Positions 38,951 through 49,164 of a DNA stretch of 64,000 nt are shown piece by piece. The translations under genes and the position numbers were made by a program. The notes beneath the pieces were generated by a model. That model saw only the letters and a list, made by a program, of their open reading frames with translations, had not been told where the DNA came from and ran no database searches. How positions within the stretch are numbered: the first letter of the stretch is position 1; each line of letters opens with the position of its first letter. The DNA lies in contig JALORC010000012.1 of the NCBI GenBank assembly GCA_025459175.1, positions 23,978 through 87,977 of the forward strand, written 5' to 3'. Source of the stretch: Planctomycetota bacterium (GTDB taxonomy: Bacteria > Planctomycetota > UBA1135 > UBA2386).

Positions 38951-39694
38951 TCACGGCCCGGGCGCCGCCGCCGCGGCCTGCCGCAGCGCGCGCGCCGCCA
39001 GCCGGCCGATCACCACCACCGCCGCGACCGTGGCGGCGATCGCCGACACGGTGAGCCACGGCGAGGAACGGGCGTCCCAGTCGAGCTCGGCGAGCCCCGC
39101 GCCGATGATCGCGCCGGCGATCACGCGCGGCGTGATGCCGAGCATCGTCGCCAGCAGGAACACCGGCCGGCGCACACCGAACGCCGCCAGCAGCAGGTTG
39201 GTGGCCGCGAACGGCAGCAGCGGCGACAAGCGCAGCAGCGCGATCACCTGCACGGCGCGCGCGCTGCCGGCGCCGAGCAACACGCGGTGCACGGCGAGTC
39301 CACGCGGCGAATCGGCGAGCGCGCGCAACGCCCGTTCGCCGACCAGCGGCGTCCACAGCGCGTAGCCGAGCACCGCCGCCAGCAGCGCCACCAGCAACGC
39401 CAGCACCGAGCCCGTGGCGCTGCCGAACACGAAACCCGCCACCATCGAAGTGACGTGGGTCGGCAGCAAGCAGGCCCCGGCCGCGACGGCCCCGGCCAGC
39501 ACGAAGCCGAACGCCGACCCGAGCCCGCCATCGAACCAAGGCCGCCAGGTGTCGACCGCAGCCGCCACCACCACCGAACCGAGCAGCGGCCCGGCCATCG
39601 CCACCACGAACCACGGCGCCGCCGGCCCCAGCTCGCGCAGCGTGCGCCGCCAGCGGGCGAATCGGGGCGGCTTCTGCGCATCGGCGGCGGACAT
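38951..39694 (-). CDS. TVP38/TMEM64 (DedA-related) family membrane protein
   Basis: Five or six TM helices with the family-typical FxxG...P pattern. Start MSAADAQ at 39694. Confidence 0.55.
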   Translation of the reverse strand: MSAADAQKPPRFARWRRTLRELGPAAPWFVVAMAGPLLGSVVVAAAVDTWRPWFDGGLGSAFGFVLAGAVAAGACLLPTHVTSMVAGFVFGSATGSVLALLVALLAAVLGYALWTPLVGERALRALADSPRGLAVHRVLLGAGSARAVQVIALLRLSPLLPFAATNLLLAAFGVRRPVFLLATMLGITPRVIAGAIIGAGLAELDWDARSSPWLTVSAIAATVAAVVVIGRLAARALRQAAAAAPGP

Positions 39695-39776
39695 GCGGCG
39701 ACAAGGTCGGCCATCGCCGGGTCGCTGGCAAGGGGCGCGTTGCATCTCGCGCCGAGCGGGCAGCGAACGGCGGCGC

Positions 39777-40337
39777 ATGCGCAATCGACGACTGCCGCTG
39801 TGGATGCTGGTGCCGCTGCTGCTGGCGGTCGCGATCGCATCGGTCTCCTGCGGCACCACCTACCCGCGCCGCGACCCGACCGGCGAGCCGTTCCCGACCG
39901 TGACCGGCACCTCGTTGGCCGGCACCGAGCTGCAGCTGCCGGCGGCCGGCAACGGCGCGCCGCTGCTGCTGCTGGTCGGTTACGAGCAGGAAGCGCAGTT
40001 CGATCTCGACCGCTGGCTGCTCGGGCTCGACGCCACCGGCTGGCGGGTGCGCACGTTCGAGGTGCCGACGCTGCCCGGCCTGTTCCCCCGCTTGCTCGCG
40101 GGCACCATCGACGGCGGCATGCGGCGCGGCATCCCGGCCGAGGACTGGGCGTCGGTGGTCACGGTCTACGGCGATGCCGCGGCGATCGCCGCGTTCACCG
40201 GCAACGACGACGGCCTGACCGGCCGCGTGCTGCTGCTCGACGGCGCCGGCAAGGTCGTGTTCTTCCACGACCGCGGCTTCTCGGTCGGTTCGCTGCAGCG
40301 GCTGCAGCAGGCCTTGGCGGCGCTGCCGGCGCGCTGA
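39777..40337 (+). CDS. Hypothetical lipoprotein
   Basis: MRNRRLPLWMLVPLLLAVAIASVSC signal with a Cys, about 186 aa. Confidence 0.4.
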   Translation: MRNRRLPLWMLVPLLLAVAIASVSCGTTYPRRDPTGEPFPTVTGTSLAGTELQLPAAGNGAPLLLLVGYEQEAQFDLDRWLLGLDATGWRVRTFEVPTLPGLFPRLLAGTIDGGMRRGIPAEDWASVVTVYGDAAAIAAFTGNDDGLTGRVLLLDGAGKVVFFHDRGFSVGSLQRLQQALAALPAR

Positions 40338-40420
40338 GCGGCCCCCACGACGGCGGGCTGGTGCCGGCGGACGCAGTGCGTGCCTCGCCGCGGGTCGGTC
40401 CCTAGACTGTTCGCCCGCCG

Positions 40421-43400
40421 ATGAGCACCGAACTGCCGACCAAATACGAACCGCAGACCCTCGAGCCCGCCGTGACCGCGCGCTGGCTCACCACCAAGGC
40501 GTTCGCGGCGCTGCCCGACCAGCGGCAGCACCGCTACGTCGTGATGATGCCGCTGCCGAACGTCACCGGCGCGCTGCACATGGGGCACGCGATGGACAAC
40601 GTGATGCAGGATCTGCTGATCCGCTGGCACCGCATGCAGGGTGACAACACGCTGTGGCAGGCGGGCACCGACCACGCCGGCATCGCCACCCAGGCGGTGG
40701 TCGAGAAGCGGCTCAAGGAGCTCGAGGGCAAGACCCGCCACGACGTCGGCCGCCAGGCGCTGGTCGCCCGCATCCACGACTGGGCGGCGCAGAGCCAGCA
40801 GCGCATCCGCAGCCAGCAGCAGGCGATGGGCTGCTCGTGCGACTGGGACCGCGCCCGCTTCACGATGGACGAGGTGTGTGCACCGGCGGTGCGGCAGACG
40901 TTCTTCGCGATGTTCCGCGACGGCCTGATCTTCCGCGGCAACCGGCTGGTCAACTGGGACTGCGCGCTGCAGACCGCGGTCGCCGACGACGAGCTCTACA
41001 CCGAGAGCGTGCAGGGCAAGTTCTACTACCTGCGCTACCCGGTGCTCGACCCGCAGCCCGGGGAGCCCACGCACGTGATGGTGGCGACCACGCGGCCGGA
41101 GACGATGCTCGGCGACACCGCGGTGGCGGTGCACCCCGATCCGGCGGCGGCGATGCAGGCGGCGATCGCCGCCGCCGCGCAGAAGCTGGCCGAGGCGCCG
41201 GCCAAGGACAAGGCCGCGGCCGAACAGGAGCTCGAGCGGCTGCGCACGCGCCAGGCCGAGGACCTGCCGCAACTGCTGCGCATCAGCGCGCTGGCGCAGG
41301 CCGGCCGCAAGGTCAAGCTGCCGCTGGTCGACCGCACGATCCCGATCCTCGCCGACAGCTGGGCCGATCCGAGCCTCGGCACCGGCGTGGTCAAGATCAC
41401 GCCGGCGCACGACCCCAACGACTACGCGGTGTGGCAGCGCCACCAGCACATCGGCGCCGTCAACGTGCTGAACGCCGACGGCACCATCAACCAGCACGGC
41501 GGCAGCTACCAGGGCCTCGATCGCTTCGCTGCGCGCCAGCGCGTGATGGCGGACCTGCAGGCGCTCGGCCTCGTCGAGCGCGTCGAGGACCGCGTCATCG
41601 AGATCGCGCACAGCGATCGCAGCAAGACGATCGTCGAGCCGTACCTGAGCAAGCAGTGGTTCGTGCGAATGGCCGACCTCGACGGCGGCGTCGTGATGGG
41701 CCGCGGCACGCAGAAGGAGTTCCGCGGCAAGGGCCTGGCGCAGGTCGCGATCGACGCCAGCGCCGGCGCGCTGCCGCCGTTCGCCGATGGCACGCCGCGC
41801 GCGAAGGTGGCGTTCCATCCGGATCCGGAGCGCTACCGCAAGATGTACGACCAGTGGCTCGCCGAGAAGCGCGACTGGTGCATCAGCCGCCAGCTCTGGT
41901 GGGGTCACCGGATCCCGGTCTGGCGCGGTGACATGGTCGTGCAGCAGCTGCTGATGCTCGAGCCGATGCTGGCCAGCCAGCTGCAGCGCGACGACGTCGC
42001 GGCGTGGATCCTGCTGCCCGACGGCACCCGGCTGTCGCCGCGCGACGCCTTCGCGCACTTGAAGGGACCGAACGCCCCCACCACCGTCGAGGTGCAGGTG
42101 TGCTTCCGCGACGCCAGCGCCGACGGCAGCATCGGCGCGATGCTGCAGGGCGTCGGCCTCGAGCTCGACCCCGACGTGCTCGACACCTGGTTCAGCTCGG
42201 CGCTGTGGCCGCACAGCACGCTCGGCTGGCCGCACCCCGACCGCGCCAAGGTCGATGCCGGCCAGACACCGCTCGGTGCCGCCGCCGGGCGACCCGATGC
42301 GCTGTCGTACTACTACCCGGGTTCGTGCCTGGTCACCGGCCGCGACATCATCACGCTGTGGGTCGCGCGCATGGTGCTGACCGGGCTCTACAACCTCGGC
42401 GACGTGCCATTCACCGACGTGTTCCTGCACGCGACGATCCTCGACGGCAAGGGCGAGCGGATGAGCAAGAGCAAGGGCAACGGCATCGACCCGCTCGACA
42501 TCATCAGCCGCTACGGCGCCGACGCGCTGCGCTACGTGGTCTGCGAGCTGCAGACCGGCACCCAGGACATCCGGCTGCCGGTGGCGGCGATCTCGCCGTT
42601 CACCGCGCCGGGCGAACCGGAGCGCCTGGTCGACCTCGCCACCGCGAAGCCCGGCCCGTACCTCGGCACGTTCCTCGATCCCGAGACCAAGCAGCCGATG
42701 GACCTGATCGGCCAGTACGGCAAGCAGGGCATCGCGCCGGCCAAGGCCACCAGCGAACGCTTCGTGGTCGGCGCCAACTTCTGCAACAAGCTGTTCAACG
42801 CGGCGCGGTTCGCGTTCCTGAACCTGAGCGGCGCGCCGTTCCGGCCGCTCGATCCGCGCGCACTCGCACTCGAGGACCGCTGGATCCTGTCGCGGCTGCA
42901 GAACGCGATCACGACCGTGCAGCAGCAGCTGCAGGGCTACAACCCGTCGGCGGCGATCGGCGCGCTGCGCGACTTCTTCTGGAACGAGCTGTGCGACTGG
43001 TATCTCGAGATGATCAAGCCGCGCTGCCGCGACGGCGCCGAGCCGGCCGCGCGCGCCACAGCCGAGCAGGTGCTGGCGGCGGTGCTCGACCAGACGCTGC
43101 GGCTGCTGCACCCGTTCGTGCCGTTCCTGACCGAGACGCTGTGGCAGAAGCTGTGCGAACTGGCGCCGGTGCGCGGCATCGTCACAGGACTGCCGACCAG
43201 TGAGCAGCTGGTGCACGCGGCGTGGCCGCGCGGTGACGCTGGTTGGCGCGCGACGGACGTCGAACAGCAGGTGGCGCTGATGCAGCAGTGGTGCGTCGCG
43301 ATCCGCGAGACGCGGGCCCGCTACCAGGTGCCGCCGAAGGACCGGCCGGCGGCGCGTTTCGTCGCCGACGGCGAGGCGGCGACGCTGCTGCGCGCGGTGG

Positions 43401-43723
43401 CGCCGCTGCTCGCGCACATGAGCGGGCTCGGTGAGGTGACGATCGGTCCGGCGGTCGAACGCACCAAGGACAGCGCCACCGTGCTGTGCGGCAGCGGCAA
43501 GGCCTACCTGCTCGGCACCGTCGATCTGGCGAAGGAGCAGCAGAAGCTGCTGAAGGAGGCCGAGAAGCTGCGCGGCCAGGTCGCCGGCATCGAGAAGAAG
43601 CTCGGCAACGAGGGCTTCGTCGCGAAGGCGCCGCCGGCGGTCATCGACAAGGAGCGCGCCAGCCTGGCGGCGCTGCAGACGCAGCTCGCCGGCATCGAAC
43701 AGAGCCTGCGCGAATTGGGCTGA
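40421..43723 (+). CDS. valS: Valine--tRNA ligase
   Basis: PNVTGALHMGHA (HIGH), RMSKSKGN (KMSKS), and a C-terminal coiled coil. 1100 aa. Confidence 0.95.
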   Translation: MSTELPTKYEPQTLEPAVTARWLTTKAFAALPDQRQHRYVVMMPLPNVTGALHMGHAMDNVMQDLLIRWHRMQGDNTLWQAGTDHAGIATQAVVEKRLKELEGKTRHDVGRQALVARIHDWAAQSQQRIRSQQQAMGCSCDWDRARFTMDEVCAPAVRQTFFAMFRDGLIFRGNRLVNWDCALQTAVADDELYTESVQGKFYYLRYPVLDPQPGEPTHVMVATTRPETMLGDTAVAVHPDPAAAMQAAIAAAAQKLAEAPAKDKAAAEQELERLRTRQAEDLPQLLRISALAQAGRKVKLPLVDRTIPILADSWADPSLGTGVVKITPAHDPNDYAVWQRHQHIGAVNVLNADGTINQHGGSYQGLDRFAARQRVMADLQALGLVERVEDRVIEIAHSDRSKTIVEPYLSKQWFVRMADLDGGVVMGRGTQKEFRGKGLAQVAIDASAGALPPFADGTPRAKVAFHPDPERYRKMYDQWLAEKRDWCISRQLWWGHRIPVWRGDMVVQQLLMLEPMLASQLQRDDVAAWILLPDGTRLSPRDAFAHLKGPNAPTTVEVQVCFRDASADGSIGAMLQGVGLELDPDVLDTWFSSALWPHSTLGWPHPDRAKVDAGQTPLGAAAGRPDALSYYYPGSCLVTGRDIITLWVARMVLTGLYNLGDVPFTDVFLHATILDGKGERMSKSKGNGIDPLDIISRYGADALRYVVCELQTGTQDIRLPVAAISPFTAPGEPERLVDLATAKPGPYLGTFLDPETKQPMDLIGQYGKQGIAPAKATSERFVVGANFCNKLFNAARFAFLNLSGAPFRPLDPRALALEDRWILSRLQNAITTVQQQLQGYNPSAAIGALRDFFWNELCDWYLEMIKPRCRDGAEPAARATAEQVLAAVLDQTLRLLHPFVPFLTETLWQKLCELAPVRGIVTGLPTSEQLVHAAWPRGDAGWRATDVEQQVALMQQWCVAIRETRARYQVPPKDRPAARFVADGEAATLLRAVAPLLAHMSGLGEVTIGPAVERTKDSATVLCGSGKAYLLGTVDLAKEQQKLLKEAEKLRGQVAGIEKKLGNEGFVAKAPPAVIDKERASLAALQTQLAGIEQSLRELG

Positions 43724-43910
43724 GGCCGGGCGATGCGTCGGTCCGATGGCGACTTCGCCGCCATCGCGTCGGGCGGCCGCCCGGACGACCGCGGCAGCAT
43801 CGGCGGCGCGCATCTGTCCCAGCTTTGCCATCCGCCGAGCAGCGCATTGTCGCGTCGCGCCGATCGGTTAGCAGAGGAGCCTGCGCGGTGCCCCACCGCG
43901 TCCAACCTCC

Positions 43911-45638
43911 ATGCGCACCACCACTCTGCTCGCCGCCGCGGCGTGCTTGACTTCCTCTCTCCTTGCCCAGGGCGCCCTGTCGGCCCCCTGCTTCGTCACC
44001 AACCTCGGCGCCCCGCTCGGTCTCGGCGACGACCAGGTCGCGGCCAACAACGCCCTCGGCTTCACGTTCCCCGGCCCGGGCGGCACGTCGGTGACCAGCA
44101 TCGACATCAGCAGCAACGGCTTCGTCTGGCTCGGCAGCAATGCGAGCGCGGACTGCTGCAACGGCGACGTCACCACCTTCCTGACCGATACCCCGCGCAT
44201 CGCGGCGATGTGGACGGACCTCTACCCGCCGGGCAACGGCGACGTGTACTTCAACACGTTCCCGGCCAGCGGCACACAGCCCGCCAGCGCCGTGATCACC
44301 TGGAACGACTGCCCCGAGATCGGCACCACCGACCTGCAGAGCATCCAGCTGCAGCTGTTCGCCGACGGCTCGTTCGTGATCGCGTACGACCTGCGTTGCG
44401 GCAACCTGAACCACGACGCACTGGTCGGGGTCACCGAAGGCGTGGCGGCCGTCGCCAACCCGATCGACTTCGCCGCCATCACGGGAGGTGCACCGCACCT
44501 CAGTGGCACCAACCCGACCATCCACGAGCTGCTGCCGTTCTCGTGGGACCTCGCCGGCAAGTCGTTCGCGTTCGTGCCGAACGGCAGCGGCGGCTACATC
44601 GTGCTCGATCGGCCGAGCTGCGCATACGCGGACGTCCGCACGCTCGGCGCCGGGTGCCCGCAACCGCTGGTGGCCTACGAGCTGTTCCAGACCCCGGCCA
44701 CGATCGACCTCGCGAACACCGCGCTGGAGTTCATCCCGACCGGCGGCGGCTACGTGACGCTGCCCTCCACCGGCTTCTTCACCGGCTACGCCGGCGCGCA
44801 GACGTTCTTCGACGACGAGGTGAAGGGCCCGTTCGCGTTGCCGTTCCAGTTCCCGTTCGGCGGCGGGCTCGTCAACTCGATCGACATCAGCAGCAACGGC
44901 TTCGTCTGGCTGTCGGCCGGCAACGCCGATGCGCGCTGCTGCAACGGCGACCCGGCCACCTTCCTGGCCGACCCGGCGAGCATCGCCCCGCTGTGGCAGG
45001 ACCTCAATCCGTTCGCCGGTGGCACGATCTACTTCGACCTCGACCCCAACGGCGTCGAAGCCCACGTCACCTGGCTCAACGTGCCGGAGTACCTCACCAA
45101 CAACCTGAACACGGCCCAGCTGACGCTGCGCAGCAACGGCAGCTTCCGGTTCTCGTACGGCAACGTGGTGAACCAGAACCACGACCTGCTGGTCGGCGTC
45201 TGCCAAGGTGCCGCCCAGATCGATCCGGGCAGCTCGGACTTCAGCGCCGGTCCGGTGGTGGTGAACTCGGGTGGCATCCCGCTGCGCCTGCAGGCCCAGG
45301 CCAATGTCCGCCCGGTGCTCGGCACGACGTTCGCGATGGACGTCGACCAGATCACCGCCGGCTCGCTGATCGGCATCATGGCGTTCGGTGCCACCACCTT
45401 CACGCCGGGCCTCGACATCTCGTCGATCGGCATGCCGGGCTGCCAGCTCTACGCGTCGCTGGACGCACTGCTGTCGTTCCCGCTGACCGGCTCACCGACC
45501 ACCTACTCGTTCCCGGTGCCGAGCAGCCCGACGCTGACCGGGCTCGTGTTCTACGCCCAGGCCGCGACGCTGACGCCCGGCGTCAACCAGCTCGGCCTCA
45601 CGGCGTCGAACGGCCTCGAGCTGACGCTCGGCCTGTAG
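43911..45638 (+). CDS. Secreted protein with tandem NIDO-like domains and the shared C-terminal module
   Basis: Signal MRTTTLLAAAACLTSSLLAQ. Two copies of IDISSNGFVWL...CCNGD...IAAMW/IAPLWQDL. C-terminus GLVFYAQ...TASNGLELTLGL. Confidence 0.55.
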   Translation: MRTTTLLAAAACLTSSLLAQGALSAPCFVTNLGAPLGLGDDQVAANNALGFTFPGPGGTSVTSIDISSNGFVWLGSNASADCCNGDVTTFLTDTPRIAAMWTDLYPPGNGDVYFNTFPASGTQPASAVITWNDCPEIGTTDLQSIQLQLFADGSFVIAYDLRCGNLNHDALVGVTEGVAAVANPIDFAAITGGAPHLSGTNPTIHELLPFSWDLAGKSFAFVPNGSGGYIVLDRPSCAYADVRTLGAGCPQPLVAYELFQTPATIDLANTALEFIPTGGGYVTLPSTGFFTGYAGAQTFFDDEVKGPFALPFQFPFGGGLVNSIDISSNGFVWLSAGNADARCCNGDPATFLADPASIAPLWQDLNPFAGGTIYFDLDPNGVEAHVTWLNVPEYLTNNLNTAQLTLRSNGSFRFSYGNVVNQNHDLLVGVCQGAAQIDPGSSDFSAGPVVVNSGGIPLRLQAQANVRPVLGTTFAMDVDQITAGSLIGIMAFGATTFTPGLDISSIGMPGCQLYASLDALLSFPLTGSPTTYSFPVPSSPTLTGLVFYAQAATLTPGVNQLGLTASNGLELTLGL

Positions 45639-45673
45639 TCGCGCCGCGATCTCGATGCGCGGCGGCGGCCGCC

Positions 45674-47350
45674 CTAGTGATCCCGCCAGGGATTCGGCCG
45701 CCGCTGCAGATCGCGCGTGTGGAACGACTCGGTGGCGCGGTAGATCCAGACCACGAAGCGATCGCCCGGCTGCCCGTCCAACGGCCGGCGGCCGGAGTAG
45801 TAGTGGAACAGCAGCGAGAACGGCACCGGGTCACCGACGCCGATCTCCGTCACGCTCTCCATCAGCCCGGTCCACTGGAACCACGGCTCCTCGGCGCCGT
45901 CGATGCTGCCGATCGCGATCAGGTCGCCCTTGCGCACCTCGCTCGCGCCCTCGAGCAACGGCCGCATGCCGGCGCGCGGCGCGTAGAACTCGAAGCCCCA
46001 GCCGCCGGTGAACCACACGGTCGCGCCCGGCGCGTGCTGTTCCGCGTAGGCCTTGGCGCGGTCGACGGCGACCACGCAGGCGCGCCCCTCGAGAGCATCG
46101 ACGCCCTGGTAGAACAGCCCCATCAGCACGGTGCCGATGGCGACCAGGCGCAGCGCCCGCGGCGGTCGCAGCCGGCGCACGGCGAGCCAGCCGGCGACCA
46201 CCGTGAACGCGATCACCACCAGCATCGCCCGCCGCGCCGCCGGGAACGGCGACACCACGAGACTCGAGATCACTTCGCCGAGCAGCCAGCCGACCAGCAG
46301 CGTGCGGTTCGCGGCGGCCTGGCCGAAACCGCCCCGACGCCAGGCGCCCACGGCCGAGCCGGCGATCCGCACCACCACCCCGGCCAGCACCGACCAGGTC
46401 AGCGTCGCCATCACCACGTAGGCGATCGAATCGACGGCGCCGTCGGCGATGGTCCGCGCGTCCCGATCCGGGAACCACGCGATCAGCAGGTGGCCGACGC
46501 AGTAGATGGCGACCGCCCACCACCAGATCGTCTGGCGCAGGCCCAGCGCGCGCAGGCCGAGCAGCGCCGCCGGCAACCCGAGCACACCCACGTGCAGGTA
46601 GAGCCCACGCAGCAGATGCGGCCAGTCGCGCCGCTGCGTGATCTCGAGCTGGCGCATGAAGTACGAGCCGCCGCCGTGCGACCACGCCACCAGCCCCTCG
46701 ATCGACAGCGCGGTCGCGATCGCCACCGCGAGCCCCACCGCCAGCTCGCGCCAGCGCCGGTAGACCAGCCCGCTGAGGCACCACGGCGCGAAGAACCCCA
46801 TCGCCGAGTACTTGGTCTGGAACGCCAGCCCGAACAGCACGCCCGCCAGCACCGCGAGGCCGAGCTGCCGCCGTTCGTAGGCACGCAGCAGCACCGCGAA
46901 GCCGGCGAAGCCGAGCGCCAGCATCGGCACCTCGAGCATCAGGTTGACGCCGGGCAGCACCGCCGGACCGAGCGCGATGGTCGCCAGCAGCGGCACCGTG
47001 TGCCGTCGCACCAGGCGCTGCAGCAGGCACAGGATCGCGTAGCAGAACAGCCACTGCAGCGGCAGGTACCACGCCTTCCAGGCCACCGGCGACTCGCCGA
47101 ACAGCGCGATCGCCGGCGCCCAGTAGTACGAGTTGACCGGCGCCACCATCACGTTCCAGGCCGCCTCCGGCTGCTGGTGCCAGACGATGTCGAACTCGAA
47201 CGGCTGCAGCGGGGCCCGGGCTACCTGCGCGGCGTAGTAGTGATGGCAGACGTCATCGACGGTCAACGGCTCGAAGAGGTTGACCAGGTTCATCACCAGC
47301 GCCACGACCAGGGCGCACAGCGGCAGGGAGCGAGAGGTCGGGGCCGGCAT
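45674..47350 (-). CDS. GT-C fold membrane glycosyltransferase (ArnT/PMT-like), second copy in the window
   Basis: At least 11 TM helices, Trp/Tyr-rich, with a C-terminal soluble domain. The overlapping plus-strand ORF is compositional noise. Confidence 0.5.
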   Translation of the reverse strand: MPAPTSRSLPLCALVVALVMNLVNLFEPLTVDDVCHHYYAAQVARAPLQPFEFDIVWHQQPEAAWNVMVAPVNSYYWAPAIALFGESPVAWKAWYLPLQWLFCYAILCLLQRLVRRHTVPLLATIALGPAVLPGVNLMLEVPMLALGFAGFAVLLRAYERRQLGLAVLAGVLFGLAFQTKYSAMGFFAPWCLSGLVYRRWRELAVGLAVAIATALSIEGLVAWSHGGGSYFMRQLEITQRRDWPHLLRGLYLHVGVLGLPAALLGLRALGLRQTIWWWAVAIYCVGHLLIAWFPDRDARTIADGAVDSIAYVVMATLTWSVLAGVVVRIAGSAVGAWRRGGFGQAAANRTLLVGWLLGEVISSLVVSPFPAARRAMLVVIAFTVVAGWLAVRRLRPPRALRLVAIGTVLMGLFYQGVDALEGRACVVAVDRAKAYAEQHAPGATVWFTGGWGFEFYAPRAGMRPLLEGASEVRKGDLIAIGSIDGAEEPWFQWTGLMESVTEIGVGDPVPFSLLFHYYSGRRPLDGQPGDRFVVWIYRATESFHTRDLQRRPNPWRDH

Positions 47351-47399
47351 CCTTGGGGCGTCGCAACATAGCGTTCATCGCCCTAGGCTCCGCCCAGTC

Positions 47400-49082
47400 T
47401 TGACCGAACTATCGACAGCCCTGCGCGACCGGTTCGGGTTCGCGGCGTTCCGCGGCCCGCAACAGGCGATCTGCGAACATTTCCTCGGCGGCGGCTCGGG
47501 CCTCGTGCTGATGGCGACCGGCGGCGGCAAGTCGCTGTGCTACCAACTGCCGGCGCTGGTCGGAACCGGCCTCACCATCGTCGTCTCACCGCTGATCGCG
47601 CTGATGGACGACCAGGTCGCGGCGCTGGTCGCGCGTGGTCTGCCGGCGACCTGCATCCACAGCCAGCTCGACCGGGCCGAGCGCCAGCAGCGCCTCGACC
47701 TGGCCCGCAGCGGCGCGGTCAAACTGCTCTACGTGACGCCGGAGCGGTTCCGCGTCGACGGCTTCCTCGCCGCGATGCAGGCGATCGGCGTGCAGCGGCT
47801 GGCGGTCGACGAGGCCCACTGCGTGAGCCAATGGGGCCACGACTTCCGCCCCGACTACGCGCGCCTCGGCGAGGTGCGGGAGGCGCTCGGCGTGCCACCG
47901 TGCCTGGCGCTGACGGCGACCGCGACGCCGGCGGTGCAGGACGACATCCGGAGCGTGCTCCGGCTCGGCAGCGCGCCCTGCTTCCGGACCGGCATCGATC
48001 GCCCGAACCTGTTCCTGTCGGTGCGCGAGTGCGACGGCGACGAGGCGAAGCTGGCGCGGCTGCTGGCGCTGCTCGAGCGCACCGGCGGCCCGGCGATCGT
48101 CTACTTCGCGCTGATCCGCGATCTGCTGCGCACCGAGGGCGAACTGCAGCGCCGCGGCCTGCGGCCGCTGGTCTATCACGGCGACCTGTCGGCCGACGAA
48201 CGGCGCACGCAACAGCAGCGGTTCCAGCGCAGCGACGATGCGCTGATGCTGGCGACGCCGGCGTTCGGCATGGGCGTCGACAAACCCGACCTCCGCGCCA
48301 TCGTGCACTGGCAGCTGCCGCGCACGCTCGAGGCCTACTACCAGGAAGTCGGGCGCGCCGGCCGCGACGACCTGGGCGCGTGCTGCGAACTGCTCTACCA
48401 CGGCGACGATCTGGCGATCCAGCGCGACTTCACCGAGTGGGCCAACCCGTCGGCCGCGTTCGCGCACGAGGTCGCCGTGCACCTGTACGGGCTCGGCGAG
48501 CGGCTGCAGGCCGTCGACCTCGACACCCTGCGCGCGACGTTCCTGCACCAGAACCGCCACGACGGCCGCATCGACACCGTGCTGCGGCTGTTGCGTTCGT
48601 CCGGCTGCACCGACGGCGAGATCGGCACGGACCTGCGCGTGCTGCGGGTGCCCGAGCTCACCGAGGTCGAGGCGTGGCTGCCCGCCGACAAACGCCAGCA
48701 CGACCTGATGGCCCTGCTGCGCATGGTGCGCTACGCGACCGAGAACGTGTGTCGCAAGCAGACGATCCACGATCACTTCGGCCTGCCGCTGGCGAGCGAC
48801 TCGTGCGGCGCGTGCGACGTGTGCACCGACGCGGCTAGCTGGCAGGACGCGCACTTGCCGTCGGTGCGGCCGCTGTCCCGCAGCCCGACCGCGTCGACCG
48901 ATGCCGATCGCGCGCCGCTGCAACGCGGCGACTGGATCGAAGTGTCCGGGCTCGGTCCGTGCTGCGTGCGGCGGGTGCACCGCCGCGGCCGGGGCTGGAC
49001 CGCCGACGTCGAACGGGCGAGCGACCTCGCCACCCGCAGCATCGACCTGCAGCGCCGCCGCTGGCGACGGATCGAGCCCTGA
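47400..49082 (+). CDS. recQ: RecQ-family ATP-dependent DNA helicase
   Basis: FRGPQQAI, MATGGGKSLCYQLPA (Walker A), DEAH, HDFRPDY and a helicase C domain. TTG 47400 is the proposed start because ATG 47280 would overlap the divergent gene. Confidence 0.75.
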   Translation: MTELSTALRDRFGFAAFRGPQQAICEHFLGGGSGLVLMATGGGKSLCYQLPALVGTGLTIVVSPLIALMDDQVAALVARGLPATCIHSQLDRAERQQRLDLARSGAVKLLYVTPERFRVDGFLAAMQAIGVQRLAVDEAHCVSQWGHDFRPDYARLGEVREALGVPPCLALTATATPAVQDDIRSVLRLGSAPCFRTGIDRPNLFLSVRECDGDEAKLARLLALLERTGGPAIVYFALIRDLLRTEGELQRRGLRPLVYHGDLSADERRTQQQRFQRSDDALMLATPAFGMGVDKPDLRAIVHWQLPRTLEAYYQEVGRAGRDDLGACCELLYHGDDLAIQRDFTEWANPSAAFAHEVAVHLYGLGERLQAVDLDTLRATFLHQNRHDGRIDTVLRLLRSSGCTDGEIGTDLRVLRVPELTEVEAWLPADKRQHDLMALLRMVRYATENVCRKQTIHDHFGLPLASDSCGACDVCTDAASWQDAHLPSVRPLSRSPTASTDADRAPLQRGDWIEVSGLGPCCVRRVHRRGRGWTADVERASDLATRSIDLQRRRWRRIEP

Positions 49083-49164
49083 CCGGCTGTACCGGCCGTC
49101 GGCACCGCCGCGTCGAGATCCGCAGCGCACCCGCTAGGCTGTGCCGCCTCGCCAGGTAACCGAC

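Noticed and set aside
40166-43831. 1,221-aa minus-strand ORF opposite valS
   Set aside because: valS on the plus strand is unambiguous (HIGH/KMSKS). The antisense ORF is compositional.
43733-47371. 1,212-aa plus-strand ORF overlapping the NIDO-like gene and GT-C gene
   Set aside because: It is a different frame from the 43911 gene. Over 45674-47350 the minus strand encodes a Trp/Leu-rich polytopic membrane protein, while the plus frame is Arg/Pro noise.
47280-47399. ATG 47280 as the recQ start
   Set aside because: It would overlap the divergent GT-C gene's first 70 nt. The conserved RecQ N-terminus begins right after TTG 47400, so the later start is preferred (uncertain).
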